Notes under the pieces: generated by a model
What the model saw: the letters and a program-made list of their open reading frames with translations, nothing else
Database searches by the model: none
Told to the model about the DNA's origin: nothing
Shown here: positions 50,726 through 64,000 of the stretch, piece after piece
Layout of the letters: every line of letters starts with the position of its first letter
How positions within the stretch are numbered: the stretch's first letter is position 1
Translations under genes and position numbers: made by a program
From: Octopus vulgaris
Taxonomy: Eukaryota
NCBI GenBank assembly: GCA_951406725.2
Contig: OX597837.1
Location: 34,658,001 to 34,722,000 of the forward strand
Direction of reading: 5' to 3'
DNA: 64,000 nucleotides

Positions 50726-51564
50726 CTTTGTGTCAATTAACTTTGAAAATAATGAAGAAAGTCATGAAATTATGAAAAATTTAGTAAAAATATCTTTGGT
50801 ATTATTAAGCTGGTATTTGAAACCTTAATCAACATAAACTGTTCATGGAAGGATTTGGTTTAGATCACTTTAACCCTTTTGTTCACTTTAACCCTTTTTT
50901 AGATCACTTTAACCCTTTTTTTTCCAATTAATTCTGAAAATAATTAAGAATTTAGGTCGTTGTTATTATTAAGCTGGCTAATGAAGAAATTAGTAAAGTA
51001 ACTTTGTCGTTATTAAGCTGCTGTTTGGAACATTAATCATCATAAACTGTTCATGGAAGGTTTTAATGTAGATCACTTTTAAAATAGTAAATTTTGTATT
51101 GTAGAACCAGGAGCAGTTTCAGATGGGGCTGATGGTATGGAAATGGTTAAATAAGCCACATTTCTGCATTATGTCAATTTAACTGTCACATTGTCAATGT
51201 TCTGTTGGGATAACAGAGCCAACACCTTAGTACAATTAGTCAACATTATGCTAGTGTTGTTGGTTTTATTGATGATGATGATGATGTGAGCGAAGTTGTG
51301 GTGGGGAAACTGCATGTAGCTAAGTGTATATGTATATGTGTGTTTGTGAATGTTTGCATTCTGTGATTGCATGGAAAAATATTTGCTGAGCTACAGATGG
51401 TCTGTACAATTTCTGTGTACCAAATTCACTTACAAAGCATTGATTGGCCTAGGGCTGTTAGTAGAAGACACATACTTGAAGTGCCATGCAGTGTGGTTGA
51501 ACCCAAAACCTCATGGTTGAAAAGCAAACTTCTTAACCACACAGCCAAGACTACACCAATCTTA

Positions 51565-52010
51565 AAGGGTAAAGACCCCATATGGCCATAAATGATCATG
51601 GGATTGCACTTAGAAAGTTACCCCCCAAGGCATAAGTCCAGGCAAGGTTTTTATGGAAGACCAGTAGTCACCCATGCATACCAGCCTCCCCTCACCACAC
51701 CATTATATGTACATAGGATAAAGGGTAAAGAACCCCTTTGGTCATGAACGGCCATGGAGTTGCTCCTAGAAAGTTTCCCTCCGAGGCATAAGTCCAGACA
51801 AGGTTGTTTATGGAAGACCAGCAGTCGCTCATGACTACCAGTTTCCTCTCTCCACACCACTGATGTTATCCAAGGGAAAGGCAACTCATTTCTACAATGT
51901 GAAATAAAGTGTCTTGCTCAAGAACACACACACACAGCCTGGTCTCGGTAATGAACTTACTACTTTGTGATTGTGAGCCCCAAACTCTAACCACTGAACC
52001 ATATGCCTTC
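51565..52010 (-). mobile_element. SINE family E with duplicated 3' part
   Basis: AAAGGGTAAAGA..CATG..CTAGAAAG block occurs twice. Confidence 0.8.
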
Positions 52011-52864
52011 AAATTATGAAAATGTACCACTGGGGATGCATATGGTAGTTGTGTGAAGTTTATGATAAACCACTGGTGGTACGTGTGGCAGTTACCGTGT
52101 TAAAATCAAATCTAGACTTTCAGAAATAGATGCAGTCTCATTAAAGTGGTTTAGAGCAAGTTAATCTGAAAGCATGTCAATTTCAGAACCAATGATCTCT
52201 GAAAAATACCACACAATTGCATGAAGCTGTGGGTATCACAGAGACTTGTATGTTTATAGTTGGGTGATTTATGAAGGGCATTGTAGACAACTTTAACAAA
52301 TGATACAACATTCATAAATTTAATTTCTCTAGTGAAAAGAAGTTGACAGATACAGAAGCTGCTGGAAATTACAGCAACATATTTGATGAATTGAATTAAA
52401 AAAAGAAAAAAAAAACACAATTTAGATGTGTTTTAAGACTGTGTGCCAATACCCTGGCATATTTAATAACTTGTCACTACTCAGGTCCCAAAGAGAAGGG
52501 GTTGGGGTTTAGATACGTAAAACTGTATTATACAATTGGATGACCTAAGACAGATTAGTGAGATGACTAATCTTTGCAGGATTTAGATGACTAACATTTG
52601 GATGAGGTGGTTTAACCGTTCTTTTGTTTGTTTCCTGTTTGTTTTTAATCCACGGTAAGCACGAATATGATGGGAGAGTTGTCTGGGGTAGGATTATATG
52701 GCCAGACACGTTTTCTGTTGCCAAACGTTGCTTGTTTTTCAAGTAAGGATTTTGTAAATTCCACAGAGTCATAATGTCAACAAGGGATGTCAACATCAAC
52801 ACCGCTTCATTAAAAAGGTGACAACATGGAATACACACACACACACACATGGTGTGCTTCTGGG

Positions 52865-53041
52865 TAGGGGGCTAGTTGATTACATTGATCCCAGTGCATA
52901 ACTAGTACTTATTTCATCAACCCTGAAAGGACGAAGGGCAAAGTTGGCCTCAGCAGAATTTGAACTCAGAACTTAAAGACAGGCAAAATACTGCTAAGTG
53001 TTTTGCCCATCGTGTTAATGATTCTGCCAGTTCACCACCTT
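52865..53041 (-). mobile_element. SINE family B, old
   Basis: Diverged reverse-complement match. Confidence 0.75.
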
Positions 53042-53799
53042 AAAATAATCCTTTCTACTAAAATAAATAGGATGATGATGATGATGACGATGACGATGAC
53101 GATGATGATGATGATGATAATAATAATAATAATGGAGAGAGAAAGAGTTGATTACATTGACCCCAGTGTTTAACTGGTACTTATTTTGCCGACCCCGAAA
53201 GGATGAAAGGTGAAGTCTAATATTTTAATGACTAAGATGGTTAATGACTAATGTTATTCATATTGGGATATAATTATGATTTCTATATTTTACATTGAAA
53301 TAATGCAATACATATATGTGATAACAATAATAACCACAACAAAAAACAGTATTACTGAGAAATATTGCAAAATGTCAGCAACAACACCACCACCAAGAAG
53401 GAAGCCTCTACTTGGTTGCTTCATCTGCTAGAAATAATAGCTAAATTTCCTTCAAACCACATCTTACTGTCTTAAAATATTCTTTAAAAACCACTAAATA
53501 ATGGAAATAAATCTCCTATAAATGATATATCTTGAATGGCAATCCTGCTATAAATAAGAGCTTGTAACACCTGTAACATCCCTTGGAGAGAGAAAAGGCA
53601 GAAAGCCAACTGTGGGATTTGAATCATGCATCTACAGTAACCCAGACAGTTATGTTACCATTACACTAAAGTCACTTTCTGATTTTCATTACTTCAAATT
53701 AGATGTTTTTGTTTTACAAATTTGGTTATATTTTCAACATGAATACAAAAGCAATACGAGAAATACGTTAACTTAGTCTTCAATAAAAGAGCCATCTTA

Positions 53800-54030
53800 G
53801 GGCGGCAAGCTGGCAGAATTGTTAGCACACCAGACAAAATACTTAGTGGTATTTTGTCTACTGTTAAGTTCTGAGTTCAAATTCTACCGAGGTCGACTTT
53901 GCCTTTCATCTTTTTGGGGTCAATTAAATAAGTACCAGTTACACACTGGGGTTGATGTAATAGACTTAATCCTTTTGTCTGTCCTTGTTTGTCCCCTCTA
54001 TATTTAGCCCTCTGTGGGCGATACAGAAAT
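53800..54030 (+). mobile_element. SINE family B
   Basis: Full-length diverged match. Confidence 0.85.
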
Positions 54031-54544
54031 AAATAAAAGAACCAGCTTGAATGGCATTCACAAGACACTTTTTATCAAAGATTTATTGACATATTTCTTG
54101 ATATTTCTATATTTACATTTTTAAATGATATATTCCAAGGTGGACAAAGTACTCCATGGTGGAAGAATATGCCTGAAATTGAGAGATGACATGGTGACAG
54201 CTGGAAGTGACTTTGATCATAGGCCTACTTGAACTGTGCTGACCTGGGGTTAAACAAGCATAACAACACAACCAACAATCCTACAGACAAGTATCAGTAT
54301 CAAACAACAACATCAACAACAAAACTCCCAGATGCTGGCACCCCACCCTCCAGACGTTGGTACCCCACCCTCCAGATGTTGGTATCCCACCCTCCAGATG
54401 TTGGTACCCCTCCCTAACATTGCTGTCATCACTCAGAGCAGCATTTTTTGGTCAAGATGAATAAAAACTCCGATCTGGAATATCTTTATATTCCATCAGA
54501 TATTTATAAATATACAACTGCTTTTATTCTAAAAATAATAATAA

Positions 54545-54693
54545 TAATCCTTTCTACTATAGGCATAAGGCCTGAAATTTGGGGGAAGGGGGGTAGTTGA
54601 TTACATCAACCCCAGTGCTCCACTGGTACTTGTTTAATCGACCCTGAAATGATGAAAGGCAAAGTGGACCTCGGCAGAATTTGAACTCAGAAC
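54545..54693 (-). mobile_element. SINE family B (alternative (TAA)n tail)
   Basis: B core followed by AAATTTCAGGCCTTATGCCTATAGTAGAAAGGATTATTATT. Confidence 0.8.
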
Positions 54694-55079
54694 GTAAATA
54701 AAGATTTGTTAGCAGAACTGAAGAATCTGCACACATTATTGTCAAGTATGTTGGTTGCAAGGATGAATCCAAAGAACCAGTCTTCAACAACCTAACATCT
54801 ACAATAATCAGTCCTTAATTATTGCCACAAAGGTGTAGGGACAGGTTATAAAATAAGGGACAGAAGAGTTCACAGTGGAATAGAATGAAATGAAAAACCA
54901 ACAGTATGCACAGTGCGCATGAGGGAAAACTCTTTAAAAAACCCCAAAGACCACTACTTAAGGATTAATTAAGGAAAACCCACATACCCAAAATTGTTCT
55001 GGTTACTAAGGGTAAATGCTCTTTCCCACCTGTATTCCCCAGCCAACAGGTACAGGCTAAAAATAATCTTGATTCACTC

Positions 55080-55262
55080 AAGCTTCCTTGCCATCTCTTT
55101 CACCTTTTGATAAATTTTCCCGAGGACAGCACAACTCCCTCTACTTTCACTTTCCTCTCCAAGTGGAATCTGAGAAACTTGATGAAGGCTTGAGAGGAAA
55201 GTGTCCATCCACAATCTCTTCAGTATGTTCACCAACCATGCAACCGCTTTTTCCCCAGCCAG
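55080..55262 (-). mobile_element. Possible decayed L1/Tx1-like LINE ORF2 C-terminal fragment
   Basis: Frameshifted LKRLWMDTFLS / QAFIKFLRFHLERKVKVEGVVLSSGKFIKR; assignment from recall. Confidence 0.35.
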
Positions 55263-55666
55263 CCACCAACCTCCCCTTTATGACCAAAAGGTGGAAGTAG
55301 GGCGATGTTACGTTGATGGTGGAGCAATCCATCTAACCTGCAGCGACAGCTGTTTGACATAGCTCTACAATGCACCAACTGTTGCATCAAGGATCGCATA
55401 AGCAACAACAGCAGCTGCAGTATGCACATCCCCACCATCACCACCACTATTACTAACATTATCATCATCATCATCATAAACAATACCTCTAGCATCACAG
55501 ATACGTACGACCAGCACCACTGATTGCAGTATCACCACGACCACCACTATCAACAATAACAAACCAACAGAGGGGTGAGGGCTCTTGTGAGGTTGATCAT
55601 CCTGTTAAATATAGCAACCAAACCTCCCTCAAATCCTAATTCACAATCTTTAAAAAATATATACAA

Positions 55667-56073
55667 GGCGCAAGAGTGGCTGTGTGGTAAGTAGCTTGCT
55701 TGCCGACCACATGGTTCCGGGTTCAGTCCCACTGTGTGGCACCTTGGGCAAGTGTCTTCTACTATAGCCTCAGTCTGACCAAAGCCTTGTGAGTGGATTT
55801 GGTAGATGGAAACTGAAAGAAACCCGTCGTATATATGTATATATAATGTGTGCGTGTATGTTTGTCTGTCTGTGTTTGTCCCCCTAGCATTGCTTTACAA
55901 CCGATGCTGGTGTGTTTACGTCCCCGTCACTTAGCGGTTCGGCAAAAGAGACCGATAGAATAAGTACTGGGCTTACAAAGAATAAGTCCCAGGGTCGAGT
56001 TGCTCGACTAAAGGCGGTGCTCTAGCATGGCCACAGTCAAATAACTGAAACAAGTAAAAGAGTAAAAGGGAGT
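55667..56073 (+). mobile_element. SINE family A, full length
   Basis: Matches 13548-13972. Confidence 0.92.
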
Positions 56074-56404
56074 GCTGGAAAGTTTCTGGCTTTAAGGGGT
56101 ATCACAAAAGGCCCGGTTTCAGGTCCAACCTCCCACATTCTTTAACGGGGCTTAGAAAAACTGAAGGACAGCTGCAATAAGTGAGTGAAATATGTTGAAT
56201 AAAATCATAATTAACTGATCCTTCTGAATCTCCTTTTATCCCAAGCCAGGAACTTTCAGCACACCCTCGTTTAACCATAGATGCAGTGTGAATAAAAAAA
56301 AACACAAAAAACGATGGGATGGTCAGAATAGGAATGCTTATGATTATAAGGTTTCCTTGATCTAGAGTAACCAAGGTGCTAAACAACAACATCTGCAACA
56401 GTGA

Positions 56405-59400
56405 GGCAACTGAGAGAACCTTATGTGAATATTTGAATTGCAAGAAATAGCAGCTAAATCTCATTTGAATAAGCAAAGGAAGGAACGTCAGATGATATAG
56501 TTGTACATATCCCTAAAATGAAGAGGAGATTGGTCATGGTTGGAGCCCTTTTGATCAAATATATTCTAGATCAGGGATGACTATGGGGGCTATGCAATAA
56601 CAACAACATTAGCATTATTAAAATCAACAAGCAACAATGACATCATCATAAGCCACACTACCACCACCACCACCACTACCACCACCACCACCACCAAAGG
56701 ACAGAGCAGTAACAACAACAGTAACAGCAACAACAACAACAAGAGAGTCTCTACAAGGGCACTTGACATGCTAGAAATATCAACCAAATCTTCCTCCAAA
56801 CCACACCTTGCTATTTAAAAAAAAAAGAGAGAAAAAGATGGGAACATTGGATAAGGTAGTCCTAGAGAGATATGATGAAGTGGTCATGGCTGGAACGTCT
56901 TTCATCACAGATGTGTTTGATTATGGATGGGCTGGGGTTAAACCACGATAACAACATTAATCACACAAATATCACTATCAGGTTTGCTAAACAACAACAA
57001 CAACCACAACTATTACCACCACCACCACCACCACCACTACAACTAGCACCATTGACACCACAATAGACCCTCCACCACCACCACCTTTACCACAACCAAT
57101 ATTACCATCTATATCACAACCATCACCACCATAACCAAAACTACCATCACCAGGCCACCACCACCACAACTGTTAAGAAAACAAACAATAGCACTACCAC
57201 CAACACCACCACCATCATCATCACAACTGCTACCACCACAATCAAAACCACCACAATCAAAACCAGAACCATCACAACCACTACAACCATCTTTACTAGC
57301 ACCAACACTGCCATGACAACAACTACAACCATCAATAAAATCTCTTGGCAACAACAACAACCACACTATTAATGATGACTCAAAACACAGCAGCAACAAG
57401 TCAACAGGGAGTCTAAACTTGCTAGAAATAGTAGCCAAGTCTTCCTCAAATTATATTCTCCCGTCTTAAAGTAAATGTAAAACACACTGAATGATGCAGT
57501 CCTAAATACGTTCTATGCGTTGGTGCGTCTTTGGTTCCAGTTCTGTTTGGTCAGCCTTGATTTAGGGGCTAAACAACATAGACACACCACCGACATCAAT
57601 ATCACAACAAACCCATAATTAACAACAACAACACCACCACAAACATAACAAACAACAGAATGACCACCAACACTACATCCATCACAAACACCACCACCAA
57701 AACAATAACAGCAACACCATGAACGGCAATAACAACAATTGAAGCCAGCAAAGGAGTCTGTGTGTGGCCACTCAATCTGCTAGAAATAGAGCCAAATTAC
57801 CCTGCCTCACACCCTACTACTGTGCTTGATCCAGGGGAAGGCCACATCAGATAGCATTGTGTTATGGATCTCTAAAAGCAAGATGGGATGGTCCTGGCTG
57901 GAATATCTTTGATCATACATCAGTTTGTTTGATGGGGTTCAGTAGAAGACAAACAACAACAGTAGCAATGATAACCAACAACAACATCAACAACAGTAGC
58001 ATCAACACCATCACCACCACCATCACCATCATCATCATCAACAACAACTACCACTGCCACCGACATCATCAACATCAGCATCATTATCAACAACAACAGC
58101 AGCAGCAACATTAACCACCACCACCACCACCACCTACAACACTATCAACAACAACTACCACCGACATCATCAACATCATCATCATCATCATCATCATCAA
58201 CAACAACAACAACAACAGCAGTAGCAGCAACACAGCTACCAACAACAACATCAACAACAACATCAACCACGAGCAGCAAACATCATCAACGTCGACATCA
58301 ACAACAATGCGACCTACCGTAAGTCTTTAACGACACCCGAGGGATGAATAGATAATTATCGTTAAGCAGGTCCATGGTGACAACTGATGAAACGGGCTTG
58401 ACAGCTGCATCAGAGACATGCACACATATGCACGGATGTCAGTAGGACGAGATGCATCGAGTATGCAGTTGTGCAGCAACTGAGAACAGCTCTCAACAAA
58501 GATGTAAAACCTCACTATTTTCTTTGTATATGTGTATCAGTGCATGCGTATGCGCATGTACATGCGCACGTGTGTGTGTGTGTCTGATATGGAGAAGGAA
58601 GGTATGTAATTTATTTTGTCAGTTCAAATGCTAGTAGTTCCTTCTCCTCTGCCCACCCCTCGCATTTTGTTTCTTGTCCTTTTCCCTCTTCCTTACTCTC
58701 CCCCTTTCTCACTGGCTCCCTCTCCTTTTCTATGCCTCCCTTTTTTTTTTCTGCTGCCCTTCAGCCTCTCCCTGATCCTCACAATCAAACACTACACTCT
58801 CTCTTTCTGCTTCTCCACCCTCTATACACCAGTCCCCACCTCACTCCCTTCCTTATTGTCCCTTTCTCTCTCTCTCACTCTCTCTCCCCTCTCTTTCTCT
58901 GCCTCTTTCTTTCCCCACCATCTCTCTCCTCCTCGCTCTCCCTCGCTCCTTCCTCTCCAGCAATTGGCTTCCCTCACAGCCAATTACCTTCCAGTACAGT
59001 AGGTAGTACAACTATTGCAGCAGCAACAACAACAACAACAACAATAACAACAGAAGAAACAAGAGCAGCGACATCAACAATCCCAGCTGCAACAAACAAC
59101 AACAACAACAACAACAACATCCTCATCAATAGCAGCAGCAGCAGTAGTAGTAGTAGTAGTAGCAGTAGTAGTAATAAACCAAGCAGCAATATAAACAAAC
59201 CAACGAGGAAGCCTCGATGGGAATTCTTCGACCTGCAAGAAATAGCAGCCAAATCACATCTCTTTCAAATCACGTCCCTCCCCCCCTTACAACCTTTTGG
59301 TGGGGGGAGGGGGACAAGAAGGGACAAAAAAAAAAAGAAAAGAATGCATTGGATGATAGCAGTTCCAGAATGCACTACAACGTCTAAAAGAAATAAGACC

Positions 59401-59483
59401 GGATGGTCATGGCTGGAGAGCAATAGGTGTCTGCTTGATCAGAGCTGTGTAGGGCAGGGGGAGTGGGGGAAGGGACGGGTTAA
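56405..59483 (+). mobile_element. Cluster of ~5 old family G (~200 bp) elements between (CAA/CAC)n tracts
   Basis: CTGCTAGAAATAGCAGCCAAAT..GATGGTCATGGCTGGAA..GGGG(C/T)TAAAC at ~56405, 56741, 57404, 57750 and 59205. Confidence 0.75.
58318..58375 (-). CDS. Candidate first coding exon MDLLNDNYLFIPRVSLKTY (phase 1), product unknown
   Basis: Unique island; CACCATGG Kozak context; 19 codons + G then G|GTAGGT donor; TCAGTT Inr-like motif at 58483-58478. Confidence 0.5.
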
Positions 59484-59564
59484 AATCAGCAACAAAAAAA
59501 CAAAACAAAAAACAAAACAAACACCAACATAAAAAAACAGCCAGAATATTTTGGAGAGCAACAT

Positions 59565-59610
59565 TATCATCATCATCGTTATCACCATCATCGTCATCAT
59601 CATCACCATC

Positions 59611-59698
<88 letters not shown>

Positions 59699-59718
59699 CC
59701 ATCATCATCACCATCATC

Positions 59719-59750
<32 letters not shown>

Positions 59751-59878
59751 CATCACCATCGCCATCATCATCCTCACCATCATCATCATTATCACCATCA
59801 TCATCATCATCATCACCATCATCATCATTATCACCATCATCATCATCATCATCACCATCATCATCATCGTCATCATCA
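59565..59878. repeat. (CAT)n microsatellite
   Basis: Directly visible. Confidence 0.95.
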
Positions 59879-60221
59879 ATATAAATAACAAGACAGACAT
59901 GTACAATAACACATAATTATAAGACAACAGGTGGAGAGAGTGTGGGGGGGGGGCATCGTTATCAAAAACCTATCACAGAGAGAATTAAAGATGATTGATG
60001 ATGGTGGTGGTGGTGGTGATGATGATGGTGGTGGTGACTATCATGGCTGTGCTAGTGGTGACGGTGGATGGGATGAGGACAGAGATGTAAGGGATGATGG
60101 TGTTGGTGGTAGCAGTGGTTGTGGTGACAATGATGGTGGTAGTGGTGGTAGTGGTGGCAGCAGGGACTACCATGATTGTGCAGGCGGTGATGGTGTTGGT
60201 GGTGGTGGTGGTGATGGTGGT

Positions 60222-60650
60222 GGAGATGTGGGGCTAATTGCAGTGGTGGTGGTGGTGGTGGTTGTGATGATGGTGGAGATGTGGGGCTAATTGCAGTGGT
60301 GGTGGTGGTGGTGGTGGTTGTGATGATGGTGGAGGTGTGGGGCTAATTGCAGTGGTGGTGGTGGTGGTTGTGATGATGGTGGAGGTGTGGGGCTAATTGC
60401 AGTGGTGGTGGTGGTGGTTGTGATGATGGTGGAGGTGTGGGGCTAATTGCAGTGGTGGTGGTGGTGGTGGTGGTTGTGTTGATGGTGGAGATGTGGGGCT
60501 AATTGCGGTGGTGGTGGTGGTGGTGGTGGTGGTGATGATGGTGGAGATGTGGGGCTAATTGTGGTGGTGGTGGTGGTGTTGGTGGTGGTGGTGGTGGTTG
60601 TGATGATGGTGGAGATGTGGGGCTAATTGCGGTGGTGGTGGTGGTGGTGG
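60222..60650. repeat. ~50-65 bp minisatellite, 8 units
   Basis: GGAG(A/G)TGTGGGGCTAATTG core separated by variable (GGT)n. Confidence 0.92.
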
Positions 60651-60715
60651 AGGTGGTAGTGATGATTACATATTTATTCATGTGACGGTGGTGATGGTGA
60701 TGTTGGTGGAGGCGT

Positions 60716-61712
60716 TGTTTAGCCCCAGGTCAAGCCTTGCTCAGGCAGACTTTATGATCGTCTAGAACATTCCGATCACGACCATCCCATTTATTTATCC
60801 ATTTATTTTCCTCAAGGAACCCAGAACCACGTTATCCTAGGCTACTTGTTATCCTAAGCTTATCACGTGTGATCCGAGGGATGTTTGTCTGCTATTTCTA
60901 GCAGGTCAAGCAACAACACAGAGGCTCCTTCACAGGTTTGTGACGATGGTGGTATTGGTGGTGAGGATGTATTTATTTATGATGGTGGTGATGATTTATT
61001 GATGGTGGTGGTGGTGGTGGTGGTGGTGGTGATGACATAGTTATTGATTGGGTTGGTGGTGGCGACGGCAGTGTAGTTACTGACACTGTGGCGGTGGTGG
61101 TGGTGCTTGTTATTTATTGATGATGGTGGAGGTGGAGGGGTGATGTAGTTAATGATGATGGGGGTGGTGATAAATTATTGGCAGTGGTGGTGGTGGTGGT
61201 GGTCGTGGTCGGGGATGTGATGTTATTTATCGATATCAATGGCAGCAGAGGCAGTGGTGGTGGTAGCGCTGATATATTTATTGATGATGTCAGTGGTAGC
61301 AATAGTGATGATGATGATGATGATGATGATGGCAACGGTGATGCTGATGATGCTGATGATGTATTTATTGATTTGGTGGTGGTGGTGGTAGTGCTGGTGG
61401 GGGAGATGTAGTGTTGTAGTTTATCCCCTGTCCCCAGGTCAACCCTGATAGAAGAGCTATTCCAGGCATGACCACCTCTTCTTATATAGATAGAACAAGA
61501 CTATTAACTCTGATGGAAAAGGAGAGCTATTCCAGGCATGACCACCTCTTCTTATATAGACAGAACAAGACTATTATGCTATGTTATCAAATGAGTCCTT
61601 GTTTTTTTCGATATAGCATATGTGATTTTGCTGCTATTTTTAGCAGTTTAAGAGACTATGTTGATGTTCTCTCAGCTGCTGTTGTTGGTAGTGGTGGTGG
61701 CATTGCAGAGAT

Positions 61713-61764
<52 letters not shown>

Positions 61765-62045
61765 CAGAGGTGATGGTGGTGGTGGTGGTTGTGGTGGCAG
61801 TAATAGAGGTTGTTATTGATGATAATGAAGATGGTGATGATGGTGGTGGCTGCTGGTATTTAGTCCTGATCAAGCAGATCTACAATGAAAAGCATTCCAG
61901 CCGTGACCATTCCAACTCTTATTCATGCATAGTTTACCTTAGACAATACCGTCCAATGTCTTCTAAGAATACAAGAGGGCAATATGAAGGGGATGCAGCT
62001 ACTATTTCTAGCAAGTTGACTGGCCACGTAGAAGCTTCCTCTGTT
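60716..62045 (-). mobile_element. Cluster of 3 family G elements in opposite orientation
   Basis: TTTAGCCCCAGGTCA..GCTATTTCTAGCAG at ~60716, 61419 and 61858. Confidence 0.75.
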
Positions 62046-62567
62046 GATGGCGGTAGTGGTGATGGTTGTGATGGTGGTGAGGGTGATGGCGATGGTGGTG
62101 GTGAGGGTGATGGCAATGGTGGTGGTGATGAGATTGGAGGAAGACTAGGAAATGAAATAAATATGAAATGAAATCTAAAAGGAAGATGGGAAGAGAAGAA
62201 GAAAGAGAGAGAGAGAGAGTGAGAGAGAGGGGGGAAGGTAGATGAGGTGTATGAAACATTGTGCGGAGATGAGGGGACGAGGTGGTTGCAACAAGAGATG
62301 AGAGAGGAGCCGTTGGAACATTTAGAGGAGATGGTGGTGGTGAAAGGTGAGCTGCTCCAGAATAGATGGAAGATACAAAGGAAGATAACAATGACATTTG
62401 ATTGGAGAACAAGCAGGAAACGGTGGGTGGGTGGGTGTTGAGGGGGACTGTTTCTGTTGTTGTTGTTATTGTTGTTGTTATTATTTGTCACATTTGTAAA
62501 TATTCACTAAAAGATTAATCTTCTCACTATTATGATACATGTGTGCGTGTGTTTGTACGTACACATA

Positions 62568-62612
<45 letters not shown>

Positions 62613-62729
62613 ATATATATATATATATATATGGATACATATTGCCTATGTGTTATTGAGGTTAAATTCACACCTGTATGTGATGAAGAGGTGTATGTAT
62701 ATATATATATATATATATATATCTTTAAA

Positions 62730-63395
62730 TGTATCCATCTAGTCAACATCTACAGGGTGTGTGTGTGTATCTAATTCACATCTACAGGATGTTTACCTCA
62801 ACATCTGCAGGTTGTGCTTATACAGCTTATAAAACTCTAGGCTGTGCTCATCCAATCCACATATATACAGGATGTGTCTATCAAGTCAACATCTACAGGG
62901 CATGTATATGTGTATCCAATCAACCCCTGCAGAATGTATACATATTAATCAACATAGGCAAACTGTATTTGTTCCTTTCCAATTCATAAACTCTGTCTAC
63001 ACAATCAACATTTACACACCATACCTGTCGAACTAGTCCATATATAATCAATGCACCTGACAATCCAGCCCATATACACACACTGTATCTGTTTCACCAG
63101 ACTATAGCGATACACTGTACCTGTCTGTGCAGTCCATATATACTCGCTGCACCTGTCTACATCTACAGCATCTACACGTCATCTATCCAGTCAATATCTA
63201 CACACTACATCTTGCAAAACAACCAGCATCTATACAATCTGTCTGTTTAACCATTGAGCATATACACACCCTGTATATATCTGCCAGTCAACATGTATAC
63301 ACCGTCTGTCTATTCAGTCAACATTTATACACCATGTTCGTCTATCAACATCTACGTATAGCCTCTGTCCATCCAGTCAATATCTACACACCATT
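62730..63395. repeat. Degenerate ~30-33 bp minisatellite
   Basis: Recurring TCTATCCAGTCAACATCTACA-like units. Confidence 0.75.
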
Positions 63396-63583
63396 TCTCT
63401 GAGAACGTGGTTTTGACCCTTCTTTATCTATGGACCTTTTTGGTTCCTATTTTAGTCAAACGGCCCCTTATAGCCATTTGATGTTTAAAAATTTCCATTA
63501 CATTTTTATAATTAAATATTATTAGGAACTGTATAAAAAAAAGTCATTAAAAATAATTTTGTGTATTAGGGAATTATAACCTA

Positions 63584-63880
63584 CTAGCAGTATCGCCCGG
63601 CATTGCTCGGGTTTGTAAGGGAAATAACTATGTAAGCATTTTTAGAGAGTTACTTCCCTTATATAATAGCGAAAAAAATGCATTAAAATGGAAAAGAATA
63701 ATGGTAACTTATTTTTAAAATCGTAGACTCATCGTAGTCACGGGCTAATACCCAGAAGGGCTCGATATGAATCACGACTATAAGATACCCGCTTTTGGTT
63801 AAACTGCACCGCAAAATGTGGGCGTAGTTAGGAATCTAAATCGTAGGAGACAGACACAACTTCCCTTTTATATATAAAGA
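63584..63880 (-). mobile_element. Non-autonomous Helitron
   Basis: Minus strand A|TCTTTATATATAAAAG...CCCGAGCAATGCCGGG hairpin..CTAG|T. Confidence 0.85.
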
Positions 63881-64000
63881 TATTATTAGGAACTGTATAA
63901 AACTGTATAAAAAAAGTAATTAAAAATAATTTTGTGTATTAGGGAATTATAACCAATTTACTCCGCATAAATTTTAACAATGAAATCTTATGTGGACCCA

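Noticed and set aside
54325-54415. Four 22-bp tandem units (also a 54-bp duplication at 61453-61576)
   Set aside because: Ordinary small tandem duplications with no further signal
60222-60650. Regularly spaced conserved core resembling a CRISPR array
   Set aside because: Spacers are (GGT)n variants rather than unique sequence; eukaryotic context with no cas genes

Overview
Eukaryotic, AT-rich, repeat-saturated intronic/intergenic DNA. The SINE families and the extreme microsatellite load look like an Octopus (coleoid cephalopod) genome; this is inference from recognised repeat sequences, not a database hit. There is no intact multi-exon gene, operon, rRNA or CRISPR. Almost all long ORFs in the track are translated microsatellites or SINEs. 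Supported content: (i) at least six short interspersed families (labelled A-E and G here), several with clear target-site duplications; (ii) LINE remnants (CR1, RTE, probable L1/Tx1), a decayed Tc1/mariner, TTAA piggyBac-type MITEs and a non-autonomous Helitron; (iii) many micro- and minisatellites; (iv) two or three small unique islands that look like alternative first exons of one large minus-strand gene. The most striking hidden signal is a set of about eight hammerhead-ribozyme-like motifs. They fall in several unrelated short elements, mostly inserted into (TA)n tracts, with variant cores and palindromic stem III. They occur with partial-tandem and inverted-repeat architectures typical of Penelope-like elements or retrozymes. 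Other oddities are a 113-114 bp duplication around one SINE, a ~65 bp duplication around a Helitron, two independent antisense self-insertions of one SINE family, and a perfect 112-bp inverted repeat. Boundaries of old repeats are approximate because they were read by eye.
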